From Chthoniobacteraceae bacterium (GTDB taxonomy: Bacteria > Verrucomicrobiota > Verrucomicrobiia > Chthoniobacterales > Chthoniobacteraceae): a stretch of DNA of 18,550 bases. Below are positions 7,897 to 17,133 of this stretch, one piece after another. The translations under genes were made by a program, and so were the position numbers. How positions within the stretch are numbered: position 1 is the first letter of the stretch; every line of letters starts with the position of its first letter. Below the pieces are notes generated by a model. The model was not told the origin of the DNA and ran no database searches. It saw only the letters and a program-made list of their open reading frames with translations. The stretch lies in contig JANNWY010000076.1 in NCBI GenBank assembly GCA_031409335.1, positions 1 to 18,550 on the forward strand, written 5' to 3'.

Positions 7897-9315
7897 TCAA
7901 GCCAGTATTTCATGCACCACCTTGCCGAAGACGTCGGTGAGGCGGAAGTCGCGGCCGGCGTAGTTGTAAGTCAGACGCGTGTGGTCGAGGCCCAGCGTGT
8001 GGAGCAGGGTGGCGTGCAGGTCATGCATATGCACGGGCTTTTCGACGGGGCTGTAACCGAAGTCGTCCGTTGATCCGTAAGTGAGTCCGCCGCGCACACC
8101 GCCACCGGCCATCCACATGGAAAAAGCATTGGGATGGTGATTGCGGCCATCCCCGTTTTCGACCATCGGGGTGCGGCCAAACTCGCCTCCCCACAAAACC
8201 AGGGTGTCTTCCAGGAGGCCGCACTGTGCCAGGTCGTCGAGCAGTCCCGCAATGGGCTTGTCCACTTTGGCGCACTCCTCGACGGTTCCCTCCTTCACCT
8301 TCTTGTGATGATCCCACGTGTAGTCCGTTGATACCTGGATGTAACGCACGCCGCGTTCGGCGAATTTCCTCGCGAGGAGGCACTGGCGTCCGAAATTGTC
8401 AGTGGGCCCGGAGCCGATGCCATACTGGTCGAGTGTCTGGCTTGTTTCGTCGCTCACATCCATGATCGCGGGCATCGTGGATTGCATGCGAAAAGCCAGT
8501 TCATAGTTCGCGATAATGCCTTCGATCCGCGGATCGTGGCTCACAGCATCCAGATGCCGCCGGTTGAGGGCCTGGATCAGGCCGAGTTGGCCACGCTGGC
8601 CGGCCGAGGTGATTTGCGGGTTGCTGAGATTCGACACGACTGCCTTGGCGATAGGTATCTCGGCTGAGCCAATAGCCATGCCCTGATGGTTGGCTGGCAA
8701 AAACGAGTTGCCGTAGTTTTGCACCCCGCCATGGCCACGAGGGGGCGAGATGGTGATGAAGGCGGGAAGGTTCTCGTTTTCCCGGCCCAGCCCGTAGCTG
8801 ATCCAGGCGCCTACGCTGGGCCGCACGAGATTCGCCTGGCCAGTGTGCAGGCGCAGCAACGCTTCGCCATGGGCATTGCCTTCGGTATGCATGGATCGGA
8901 TGACACACATCCGGTCGGCGTGGCGGGACAGATGGGGCAGCAAATCATTCATCCAAATCCCACCCTGGCCGTGCTGGCGGAAGGTGAATGGCGAACCAAG
9001 CACTTTGCCAAGATTGTCTTTCTTACTGCCGATGGTTTCGCCGAGCAGCTCCTTGCCGGCTTCCGTGTTCAAGCGTGGCTTCGGATCGAACATATCCATG
9101 TGGCTCGGCCCACCCCACATGAACAGGAAGATCACCCGCTTGGCGCGCGGGCGAAAGTGCGGGACTGGCGGGAAGATCGGATCGGTCGCAGGCTGGGACG
9201 CGCCCAAGGCTGATTTTCCCGCCAAAGCAGAGAGCACGAAACTCCCAAACCCGCCGGCGCTGGCGCGCAACATGTTGCGCCGGGTGATTGATTGGGTGAA
9301 GTAGTGGCAGTTCAT
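7897..9315 (-). CDS. DUF1501 domain protein, Tat-type signal, 472 aa
   Basis: TRRNMLR twin-arginine motif, AKRVIFLFMWGGPSHMDMFDPKP, YELAFRMQ, FGRQCLLAR, WDHH, GGEFGRTP, HDLHATLLH.LGLDH.RLT. Confidence 0.95.
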   Translation of the reverse strand: MNCHYFTQSITRRNMLRASAGGFGSFVLSALAGKSALGASQPATDPIFPPVPHFRPRAKRVIFLFMWGGPSHMDMFDPKPRLNTEAGKELLGETIGSKKDNLGKVLGSPFTFRQHGQGGIWMNDLLPHLSRHADRMCVIRSMHTEGNAHGEALLRLHTGQANLVRPSVGAWISYGLGRENENLPAFITISPPRGHGGVQNYGNSFLPANHQGMAIGSAEIPIAKAVVSNLSNPQITSAGQRGQLGLIQALNRRHLDAVSHDPRIEGIIANYELAFRMQSTMPAIMDVSDETSQTLDQYGIGSGPTDNFGRQCLLARKFAERGVRYIQVSTDYTWDHHKKVKEGTVEECAKVDKPIAGLLDDLAQCGLLEDTLVLWGGEFGRTPMVENGDGRNHHPNAFSMWMAGGGVRGGLTYGSTDDFGYSPVEKPVHMHDLHATLLHTLGLDHTRLTYNYAGRDFRLTDVFGKVVHEILA

Positions 9316-9318
9316 AGG

Positions 9319-11838
9319 TTAGTCGAGAGTTTGAAATCGGCTGGAGGCAAAGAGCGCCTGGCACGCCTGCGACCATGCCTGCAGTTCTACATCCTTGCCA
9401 TCGCCAGGCAACGTCTGGGTTCTCGACTGATGGACGAAGGCCCGCAGGTCGGCCCGCTCGCCATCCGTCGGCGGCGTGCCGAGCGCTAACTGAAATAGTC
9501 GGTCGATCACATCGTCGTCGCCAGCCGATGGTCTTTCCGCCAACAGGCGGCGGGCCAGGGCTTCGGCAGCGGACAGGACGGAGGGATCGTTGAGCATGAA
9601 AAGTCCTTGGGTGGCGACCATGGTTTCGGGTCGCATACCGGTGCTCGTTTGCGGATTGGCAAAGTCAAACACATCGAAGACTTCCGGCAAATCATTGCGG
9701 ATCACCGGCAGGTAAACACTGCGATTGGGGAAATCCGTGCGCCGGCGATTCTTGTTTTCCCCAACCCCGGTCGCCTGATCGCCCAAGTAAGAGACAGTGG
9801 ACTCCAGGGGTTTCAGATCCAACTGGCCGGCCACCGCCAGCATGGCATCCCGCATGGCCTCCGGCTCAAGGCGCCGCCGGGGTGCCCGCCACAGCAACGC
9901 ATCGTCGGGGTCGATGGCGGTGCCAGCATTGTTGTCCCGGCTGCTCATAGTGAACGTCCGGGTAAGCACGATCTGACGGACGAGGTGCTTGATCGACCAT
10001 CCCGAGTCGGCCAGCTCGCGGGCGAGATAATCCAGCAGCTCGGGATGGCTCGGTGCGTCACCCGTTCGTCCGAAATTGTCAACGGTGCGGACGAGGCCGC
10101 GACCAAACAAATGATGCCATACTCTGTTAGCCAAGACCCGCGCCGCGAGCTGGCCCGCTCCGTCCTTGGTGTTGGTGAGCCATTGGGCGAGTTCGAGGCG
10201 TCCGCTTTGATTTTCCGGAATGGCGGATGGCTTGTCACTGATGACGCGCAGAAAGCCGCGTGGCACTTCTTTTCCTAGCCGATCATACTGGCCGGACAAC
10301 CTGATGGCTTCGTTGGCGGGTTTTTCGGAATCAGCCGGAATCATTGCACGCGGTGGGATAATCGAGGAAGCAAGCAGTGCCTGGGCTGCTGCGATCAACT
10401 CCTTTTGCGCGAGCAGGCGTTGGGCTTTGGGTTGATTGATATCGGCGGCTACGGCCGCCACGTCAGTGGCATTTTTCGTGACGAAGTCGGCCAACTTGAC
10501 TTCATCATCAGCGATCAACAGCTCCAACGCCAAGTTGGCCTGCTTTTCACGGTCCTTCGCTTTCGGATTCTTTTTCCAATACTTCTCATAGGCCGTGTTT
10601 AGCGCGTCGCCATCGGCACCCAGTCCAACCAAACGTTCCATTTGCCGCTGCTCATTCAGCATGTGGCGAGTCTGCACCACCTGCGTGGACGTGAAGATGC
10701 CGGCCAGCGCATAGTAGTCACTCGTGGGAATCGGATCGAACTTATGGTCATGGCATCGGGCGCAGCCCAGGGTCTGCCCGAGCACGGCCCGACCCACGGT
10801 GTCGATCAATTCGTCAGCCACGTCCATTTTCTTTTGATCCTGATTGTTGCTGAGCAACACCTTGGGACCGACGACCAAAAAACCAGCGGCAATCCGTTGC
10901 CGGTCGCGCTGCTCAATGGACTCGAACGGCAGGAGGTCGCCGGCGAGTTGTTCGGTGAGGAACCGATCGAAAGGCAGATCCGCGTTGACCGCATCGATCA
11001 CCCAATTGCGGTAACGCCATGCCTCGCGGAAGAGGAAATTTTCATCAAGGCCATTGGAATCCGCGTAGCGGGCCAGGTCCAGCCAATGCCGCCCCCACCG
11101 CTCGCCGAACTGCGGCGAGTCCATCAGTTGATCGACGACCCGGCGATACGCATCGGGCTGCTTGTCGTCCAGGAATGCGGTGACTTGGGCAGGAGTTGGC
11201 GGCAGGCCGACGAGCTGAAAATAGATGCGTCGCAGCAGGGTGCGGGGATCGGCATCGGCTGCCGGTTCGAGTTTGGCGTCTTCCAGCTTTGCCAGAACAA
11301 AGAAGTCGATCGGTGACCGCGGCCACTTGGACGATATTACGGACGGCCGGAGGGAGGCACCCAGCGGACGATACGCCCAATGCTCGCGACCTGCGACTGG
11401 GTCCGAGGGTAACGTGGCCAGGCTTTGCCCATGCTGTTGCCCATCCCGCGGATCGGGCGCACCCATGTTGATCCAAGTCTCCAAGTGAGCCACCGCTTCT
11501 TTGGAGAGCGACTTACCGTCAGGCGGCATTTGGAAATCTGGATTCGTGTAGCGGACGGCCTTGATCAGTAGGCTGGCGTCCGCATCTCCCGGCACCACCG
11601 CTGGACCTTGGTCGCCCCCTGCGACCCAACCCGCGCGGCTATCTAAAAGCAAACCACCCTTTTGTTTCTTCTCGCGGGAGTGACAGGAGTAGCAATTGTC
11701 CATCAGGAGCGGGCGGATGTGCTTTTCAAAGTAAGCCACGCCTGCACTCGACGGCTCATCCGCGGCGCACGCGATGGAAGCGAGGGCAAATACGCAGACC
11801 AAGCCTGTCTTCGATAGATGGAGTGAACTCGTCATCAT
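9319..11838 (-). CDS. Planctomycete cytochrome C (PSCyt1) + DUF1549 + DUF1553 (PSD1) protein, 839 aa
   Basis: FEKHIRPLL.DNCYSCH, MPP, WI.MGAPDPR, HWAY.P, LLRRIYFQLVGLPP, GERWGRHWLDLARYADS, GCARCHDHKFDPIP, GRLELAQWL, NRVWHHLFGRGLV, PSHPELLDYLA, RRLEPEAMRD. ATG at 11838 overlaps the upstream TGA (ATGA). Confidence 0.95.
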   Translation of the reverse strand: MMTSSLHLSKTGLVCVFALASIACAADEPSSAGVAYFEKHIRPLLMDNCYSCHSREKKQKGGLLLDSRAGWVAGGDQGPAVVPGDADASLLIKAVRYTNPDFQMPPDGKSLSKEAVAHLETWINMGAPDPRDGQQHGQSLATLPSDPVAGREHWAYRPLGASLRPSVISSKWPRSPIDFFVLAKLEDAKLEPAADADPRTLLRRIYFQLVGLPPTPAQVTAFLDDKQPDAYRRVVDQLMDSPQFGERWGRHWLDLARYADSNGLDENFLFREAWRYRNWVIDAVNADLPFDRFLTEQLAGDLLPFESIEQRDRQRIAAGFLVVGPKVLLSNNQDQKKMDVADELIDTVGRAVLGQTLGCARCHDHKFDPIPTSDYYALAGIFTSTQVVQTRHMLNEQRQMERLVGLGADGDALNTAYEKYWKKNPKAKDREKQANLALELLIADDEVKLADFVTKNATDVAAVAADINQPKAQRLLAQKELIAAAQALLASSIIPPRAMIPADSEKPANEAIRLSGQYDRLGKEVPRGFLRVISDKPSAIPENQSGRLELAQWLTNTKDGAGQLAARVLANRVWHHLFGRGLVRTVDNFGRTGDAPSHPELLDYLARELADSGWSIKHLVRQIVLTRTFTMSSRDNNAGTAIDPDDALLWRAPRRRLEPEAMRDAMLAVAGQLDLKPLESTVSYLGDQATGVGENKNRRRTDFPNRSVYLPVIRNDLPEVFDVFDFANPQTSTGMRPETMVATQGLFMLNDPSVLSAAEALARRLLAERPSAGDDDVIDRLFQLALGTPPTDGERADLRAFVHQSRTQTLPGDGKDVELQAWSQACQALFASSRFQTLD

Positions 11839-12741
11839 TGTCTCTTCTCCAGCCAGCCATTGACCTGCATCCATTCGGTGAAGCGGTCCATGAAACGATC
11901 CGCACCGCCACCTTTGTTGACAAAGCCATGAGCGCCCATCTGGAAGACATGCAACTCGACCGGAATGTTAGCTTTGCGCCAAGCGAGAAATGTATGGGTA
12001 GAACTTTCATACGCTCCGTCGTCCGAAGCGACGACAAGAAAAAGCGGCGGAGCACTGGCGGGCACGGGCACCGGAATGTCGTGATTCCCCGTCGCATAGA
12101 CCAGCGCTACGAAATCGGGACGGGTTTCCGCCGCGCCCTCCATCGCGGTGCGAATCGGACCGCCGCCAGCGGAGAAGCCGATCATGCCGATGCGGTTGGG
12201 CTGAAACTTGAATTCCGAAGCGCGCGAGCGGAGCAACCCTACAGCCCGGCGTCCATCCAAGCCGGAAAGTTCGCGGACATTCTGGCCAGCCTGCGGCCCG
12301 GTCTTGGCCGGTTCCTTGCCGTCCGCGCCGGGCCCCGTGTGGGTCAGGCGATACTTCAACACGAAGGCGTCCACTCCCGCTTCGTTGAGCTTCCTGGCAA
12401 TATCGACACCCTCATAACTCATCATCAGCGTGCGATTCCCGCCACCGGGCGCGACGATCACCGCAGTGCCAATGGGATGTGGTGCGGGGAAAATAGAGGA
12501 GCGTCGGCCGGACGACGTTTTTAACCTGCGGGCCGGATTTTCCCTGAATCGTAATTTCCGGGTAGTCCCATTTCTCGGAACCGGGAGCGACGCCCGGATA
12601 GAGCGGAAGCTCCTGCGCTGCGCCAAACAGCGAAGGCTCCGAGCCGGTCTGCGCCGAGGATTCTGCGGGGACCGCAATCGTCACGGCCACCGTCAAAATG
12701 AAGACCCAAGGGTGCAAGCTCATGGCAAAGTCTTTAGGCAT
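11835..12741 (-). pseudogene. Secreted alpha/beta hydrolase (acetyl-esterase/BD-FAE-like) split by a single frameshift
   Basis: The N-terminal frame (signal peptide, LYPGVAPGSE, NVVRPTLLYFP) switches frame at TTTTCCCC (12493-12486) to APHPIGTAVIVAPGGG...AFVLKYRL...IGMIGFSAGG...ASDD...VELHVFQMGAHGF, with Ser-Asp-His retained. Start is 12741 or 12723. Confidence 0.85.
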
Positions 12742-12755
12742 ATTCAGGTAAAAGT

Positions 12756-13329
12756 TTACACTACCGCCAGTCCGCGCATCGTGCCAGTGGCGGCGGCGAA
12801 CCTATCGGGCTCGATGCAGAGGCGTTGGAGCATGGAGACAGAGTGGTTCGGCAGCGGGCAATTGAAGTCTTTGTCGAAGCCGAGATGCTGGCCGTGTTTG
12901 CACCCGCCGCCGGCGAAATCCGCTGCTGCCCGGATGCGGCGCCGCCGTCAGAAAGCAAACGTCCGCCGGATGTCCGCCGTCCACGTCCGGGTGGGACACG
13001 CCGCTGAACACCGTGAAATCCTCCCGGTGCGCTTTGAGAATATCGAAATAGGGCGAGAGCGCGTAGCCGCGGCTGGTTTCCTCCGGGAAAAAATGCTCGG
13101 GCAGCAGGCTCAGGTTCTTGCAGATGCCTAGCATCCGGCGCGGCTTCGCGCCTGGTCCGGTGGGAGCACCCGATGCGGCGGCTCTCGTGATTGAAAGTGG
13201 CATGGCTCCGAGCAAGGGCAGCGACATCGCGACTCCCGCGCCGCGCAAAAACTCCCGGCGCGACAGCGGGCACCGCGTGGAGATGAAACAGCCTGGATGG
13301 GAGGTTGAAGTGCCGGTGTTTGCTTTCAT
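12756..13329 (-). pseudogene. DUF1552 domain protein with large internal deletion
   Basis: Tat-type [53 protein letters not shown]. It then jumps, in another frame from 12917, to the family C-terminus [53 protein letters not shown] (TAA 12758-12756). Confidence 0.87.
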
Positions 13330-13348
13330 ATGCGTTGGGGGACTGGGA

Positions 13349-13828
13349 CTATTTATGCAGGAAAAGTTCACTTTGCACCAACTCATGGATGAGCATGCGC
13401 ACTCCGTAATGATTCGCGCTGGCACGCTCGAGAATTTTTTCGATTTGCCCGCGGTCGCTGAAGAGTACCGGCGCGCCAGTCGCGTAAACGGTGAGCTGCT
13501 GCGCAAGGTTTCGGGCAAGCTGGATTTCGTTGTCGAGCAGCAGGCGCTTGAATTGGCGGATGTCGGCGAACTTGCGCCCGTCGGCCAGTTCGCCCGCGGC
13601 ATCTACGGGCTGGGCGTAGCGAAACAAGAGCTTCTGCCCGCCGTGGCCAATGCCTTCCTTGGCGGTGGCAGGTGAGATCGTGGCGCGGTCGCGGCAATCC
13701 GCGCAGTGCTTCTCAAGAGACGCGGCAGTTGCACCGGGCAGGGCATCCGCGCCGGATGCACTCGGTAACGACACCCCCAGCCCAAGTGCGAGGACGACGA
13801 GGAATCGTTGGGTGTGGAAGCAGGTCAT
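13349..13828 (-). pseudogene. Collapsed DUF1592/DUF1588/DUF1585-type cytochrome protein (N-terminus fused in frame to DUF1585 C-terminus), 159 aa open frame
   Basis: Signal peptide plus LEKHCADCR (broken CxxCH) joined to [14 protein letters not shown]...[14 protein letters not shown]...FSDR..IE.IL...[16 protein letters not shown]. It sits directly upstream of DUF1552 as in the usual pair, with an ATGA overlap at 13828-13825. Confidence 0.85.
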
Positions 13829-15189
13829 TCTTTCAGCGTTTTTCGGTAGTCGTCACAGCGCTCACGAAGCTTCGCGAGCGTCGCCGTATGGGAAGCGTCA
13901 GCGACCAGGTTGCGCTCTTCGCGGGGATCCGCGTCGAGATCGAATAGTTGCTCCAACGATGGTTGAGGCTCGGTGTAGCGGGTGTATTTCCAGCGCTCGG
14001 TGCGGACACCTTCGGTCTTGGGAATGCGTTTCCTGGAACCCGTGGTGTTGTAGGTGTGCTCGTAATACCAATCCTCGCGGCCCTTGGTCTTCGCGTCCTT
14101 CAACGAGGGTTGGAGATCCTGGCCCTGCATTCCCTCCGGCACTGGCACACCGGCCATGGCGAGAATCGTGGGTGCGAGGTCGATGTTCAGCGCCATCTGC
14201 GAACGCCGTCCCTGAGTGGAAGCGGGCAGGCGCGGGTCGCGGATGATCAGGGGCACACGGATGGATTCCTCATACATGACCCATTTACCGTCCAGCCCGT
14301 GCGCTCCCTCCATGTGTCCGTTGTCCGAGATGTGAATGATGACGGTGTTCTCGTCCAAGCCCTTGTCTTTCAGGGCACGGCAGATTCTTCCCACCGCAAT
14401 GTCCGCCCGGTGGACGTAAGAATACACTTTTCGGATCGAGGTCTGGAAGCTCGCCGGGTTCTCCAGCCATTTTGAACCATCATTCAATCCGGTGCGCACG
14501 GCTTCTGGCAGCGCCTCAAAGGATTGGCGCGTCAGATTCACCGGAGCGGGAATGGTGACGTCGGCATAAGGCGATTCATACTCCGGGTCCGAATAGTCGA
14601 GCGGCCCATGCGGTTCCTTCAGCGCGACGATCAGGCAGAACGGTTTCTTACTCTGGGCTTCATCCAGAAACTGAACCGCTCTTTCCTCCATGACCGTGGT
14701 CAGGTAACGAGTCCGACCGGCCACCACTTGCTTGAACGCGATGCTCTGGGGAAAGCCATACCACAGGTCGAATTGCTTCTCAGGCAGTGCCAGTTCCTTG
14801 TCCACCGTGGGCGACCCGATGGCATACTTGCCGAGGAAGCCAGTGCGATAGCCCGCCTGGCGCAACAGAGCGGGAAAAGTCTGCTGCCATTGTGCCGACG
14901 AAAGCGGCTTCGCGAAATCATCAATGCCATGCCGACGCATGTGCTGCCCAGTGAGGATACTGGCCCGACTGGAACAACAGATGGATGTCGTCACAAACGC
15001 TTTCTCAAACAGCACGCCGGTCGCAGCGAGTTGATCCAGGCTGGGTGTCTTGAGAACGGTGTTACCCGTGCAGCTCAGGCCGTTGAACGCCTGATCGTCG
15101 GTGATAAAGACGACAAAGTTCGGACGTGCCTCTGCCCACGCCGACAGAAAGACAAGCAGAGATGAGAGGATCGAAAAGATGAGTTTCAT
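13825..15189 (-). CDS. S1 sulfatase (N-acetylglucosamine-6-sulfatase-like), secreted, 454 aa
   Basis: Signal peptide, RPNFVVFITDDQ, ICCSSRASILTG, GKY, KEPH, ISDNG, GKWVMYEESIRVPL, NIDLAPT, QLFDLDADPRE. ATG at 15189. Substrate assignment is tentative. Confidence 0.93.
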   Translation of the reverse strand: MKLIFSILSSLLVFLSAWAEARPNFVVFITDDQAFNGLSCTGNTVLKTPSLDQLAATGVLFEKAFVTTSICCSSRASILTGQHMRRHGIDDFAKPLSSAQWQQTFPALLRQAGYRTGFLGKYAIGSPTVDKELALPEKQFDLWYGFPQSIAFKQVVAGRTRYLTTVMEERAVQFLDEAQSKKPFCLIVALKEPHGPLDYSDPEYESPYADVTIPAPVNLTRQSFEALPEAVRTGLNDGSKWLENPASFQTSIRKVYSYVHRADIAVGRICRALKDKGLDENTVIIHISDNGHMEGAHGLDGKWVMYEESIRVPLIIRDPRLPASTQGRRSQMALNIDLAPTILAMAGVPVPEGMQGQDLQPSLKDAKTKGREDWYYEHTYNTTGSRKRIPKTEGVRTERWKYTRYTEPQPSLEQLFDLDADPREERNLVADASHTATLAKLRERCDDYRKTLKE

Positions 15190-15209
15190 TGGCGGTGTTT
15201 TGTTTTCGT

Positions 15210-15600
15210 TCAGAAGGATTCTAACCGCGTCGATTGACGGCCCATCAGCAACCAGCGGTCGCCACGTTGCACCCAAGTGTGCATCGCTTCGCCGGGGGGA
15301 CTGCTCCGGCCCGCCCGCGTGCCGATATTGCGCAGGTGCGGCACCAGCACGGTGCCGCCAAACTGCCGCATCGTGGAGTCGAGAAAATACGTTCCCGTGT
15401 AGCCGCCGCGCAGCTCCTTCATGATAGCCGCCTTGTCGCTCGTGTGGCCGGTCACGTGAATGTAGCGCACCGATGCGTCCACCAGTTCGCTACTGGTCGG
15501 CCCACAGCTCACCAGCAGGCCGGGCAAGATCGGAAAAAGAGACCGCCGCGCCTGCCCGCTTAGTCCCGCCAAGTTTTTGGATGATCGTGTCCGATGTCAT
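15210..15600 (-). pseudogene. NTF2-like/DUF4440 family protein remnant
   Basis: LVDASVRYIHVTGHTSDKAAIM...TWVQRGDRWLLMGRQSTRL resembles DUF4440 (Y-x-H-x-x-G ... W-x-L-x-x-x-Q-S-T). The first helix appears missing, and the nearest ATG (15600) is out of frame with the body. Confidence 0.55.
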
Positions 15601-15624
15601 AGGAGGAAAACGATTTTGTTTCCG

Positions 15625-17121
15625 CTATTCCTGCGGTGCTTTGGCCTTGGTTTTCCCCGTCACTTCCTCCAGCCGGGCGCGCATGGACGCGACTCGTTGG
15701 GGATGTTCGAGAGCGATATTCTTTGCCTGCGCCAGGTCTTTACCCAGATCGTAGAGTTGCTCTTTGGGTGCGCCGGGTTTGATCTGGCCCTTCTCATCCA
15801 CGTCGCTGTTTTTGAAACCCATCGTCGCATAGGGCACAGACCACGGCTTTTCTTTTTCCGGCACGGAATAGCCAGCAGAACCTTGTTTTGGAATGTAGAG
15901 CCAGTCGCCCTGACGCAACACGTAGGTGCCGCTGCCGAGCATGACACCCTCAGTGCGTTTCACAGGAGCCGAGTCGGGCCTGGTGAAAGCAGCGAGTTCG
16001 CTTGCACCATCGGGTGAACCTCCAGCGGGCAGAGCAATCTGGGCTGCTTCGGCGAGCGTGGCCATCAGGTCCACTTGCAGAAAGAACTCCTTCCGCAGAG
16101 TGCCCTGCGCGAAGTGTTCCGGCCAACGTGCCATCAATGGCACGCGATGTCCGCCCTCCCAGCCATCGGTCTTTTGTCCGAGCAATTCACCGTTGGTGCG
16201 GTGTCCTGCCTTGAGTGCGTTGCGTTCGTAACGCCCGCCATTGTCGCTCGTGAAGATGACGATGGTGTTTTGCGCCAGACCTTGCTTTTCCAAAGCATCC
16301 AGCACGAGCCCGGTGCAATGATCGAGCTGCTGAACGTAGTCGCCGTAGAGTCCGGCCTCGCTCTTGCCGCGAAACTCCGGCGCGGGGTTGATGGGATTGT
16401 GCGGTGCCGCAAAAGCCAGATAGAGAAAGAAGGGATGTTCCTTAGTCTGTTGCGCGAGAAACTTCTCTGCCTTGTCCGCGAGAATGAAATCAATACGCTC
16501 ATCCGGTCGCGCGGCCTGCGCTTTGGCGCCGCCGATCGTTTTGCCCCATCGGCCAAACTGCGGTGACATATCCACGCTGATGGGATCGGCGGGATCGAGC
16601 CCCACGATGCGGTGGCCTTCCACGAAGACGAGCGGCGGTTCGTTGTGCGTGCGCGGAGTTCCAAAAAACGAGTCGAAGCCGATCTCCAACGGCCCCGGTT
16701 TCAGGTCCGCGTTCCAGTCCGGGTCTGTGGCATGGCCAAATCCGTTGTGCCATTTTCCCAGCGCCGCCGTGCGATAGCCCACAGACTTGAGCAGCGAGGG
16801 CAGCGTGACTTGGCCTTCATGAAAATGGGTCGAGTAACCACCTTTCCGCCGCGCGTTGAAAAAGTAAGTGCCGCTAAGGATCGCGTAGCGTGAAGGCATG
16901 CACGTGGCGCAGATGGAATGCGCATCGGTGAAGCGCACACTCTCGCCCGCGAGCCGGTCGAGGCGCGGTGTCTTGATCTTCGTTGCGCCATAACACCCCA
17001 GATCGCCATAGCCGAGATCGTCAGCGACGATCATGACGATGTTAGGTTTCTCGGCAGCGAAGGTGTGGCCGCAGCAGAGGGCGCAGAGGCTGAGGATGCT
17101 GACTAGAAGTTTGGAGTTCAT
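15625..17121 (-). CDS. S1 sulfatase (arylsulfatase A-like), secreted, 498 aa
   Basis: Signal peptide, KPNIVMIVADDLGYGD, CMPSRYAILSG, GKWH, PH, FTSDNGG, GQKTDGWEGGHRVP, QLYDL.KD. Confidence 0.96.
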   Translation of the reverse strand: MNSKLLVSILSLCALCCGHTFAAEKPNIVMIVADDLGYGDLGCYGATKIKTPRLDRLAGESVRFTDAHSICATCMPSRYAILSGTYFFNARRKGGYSTHFHEGQVTLPSLLKSVGYRTAALGKWHNGFGHATDPDWNADLKPGPLEIGFDSFFGTPRTHNEPPLVFVEGHRIVGLDPADPISVDMSPQFGRWGKTIGGAKAQAARPDERIDFILADKAEKFLAQQTKEHPFFLYLAFAAPHNPINPAPEFRGKSEAGLYGDYVQQLDHCTGLVLDALEKQGLAQNTIVIFTSDNGGRYERNALKAGHRTNGELLGQKTDGWEGGHRVPLMARWPEHFAQGTLRKEFFLQVDLMATLAEAAQIALPAGGSPDGASELAAFTRPDSAPVKRTEGVMLGSGTYVLRQGDWLYIPKQGSAGYSVPEKEKPWSVPYATMGFKNSDVDEKGQIKPGAPKEQLYDLGKDLAQAKNIALEHPQRVASMRARLEEVTGKTKAKAPQE

Positions 17122-17133
17122 TTTGGGGGGGAC

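Noticed and set aside
12802..13602. 266-aa ORF as called in the track
   Set aside because: The first 91 codons are an alternative frame of the DUF1585 remnant, and the tail after GFR is out of frame. The true start is at 13329.
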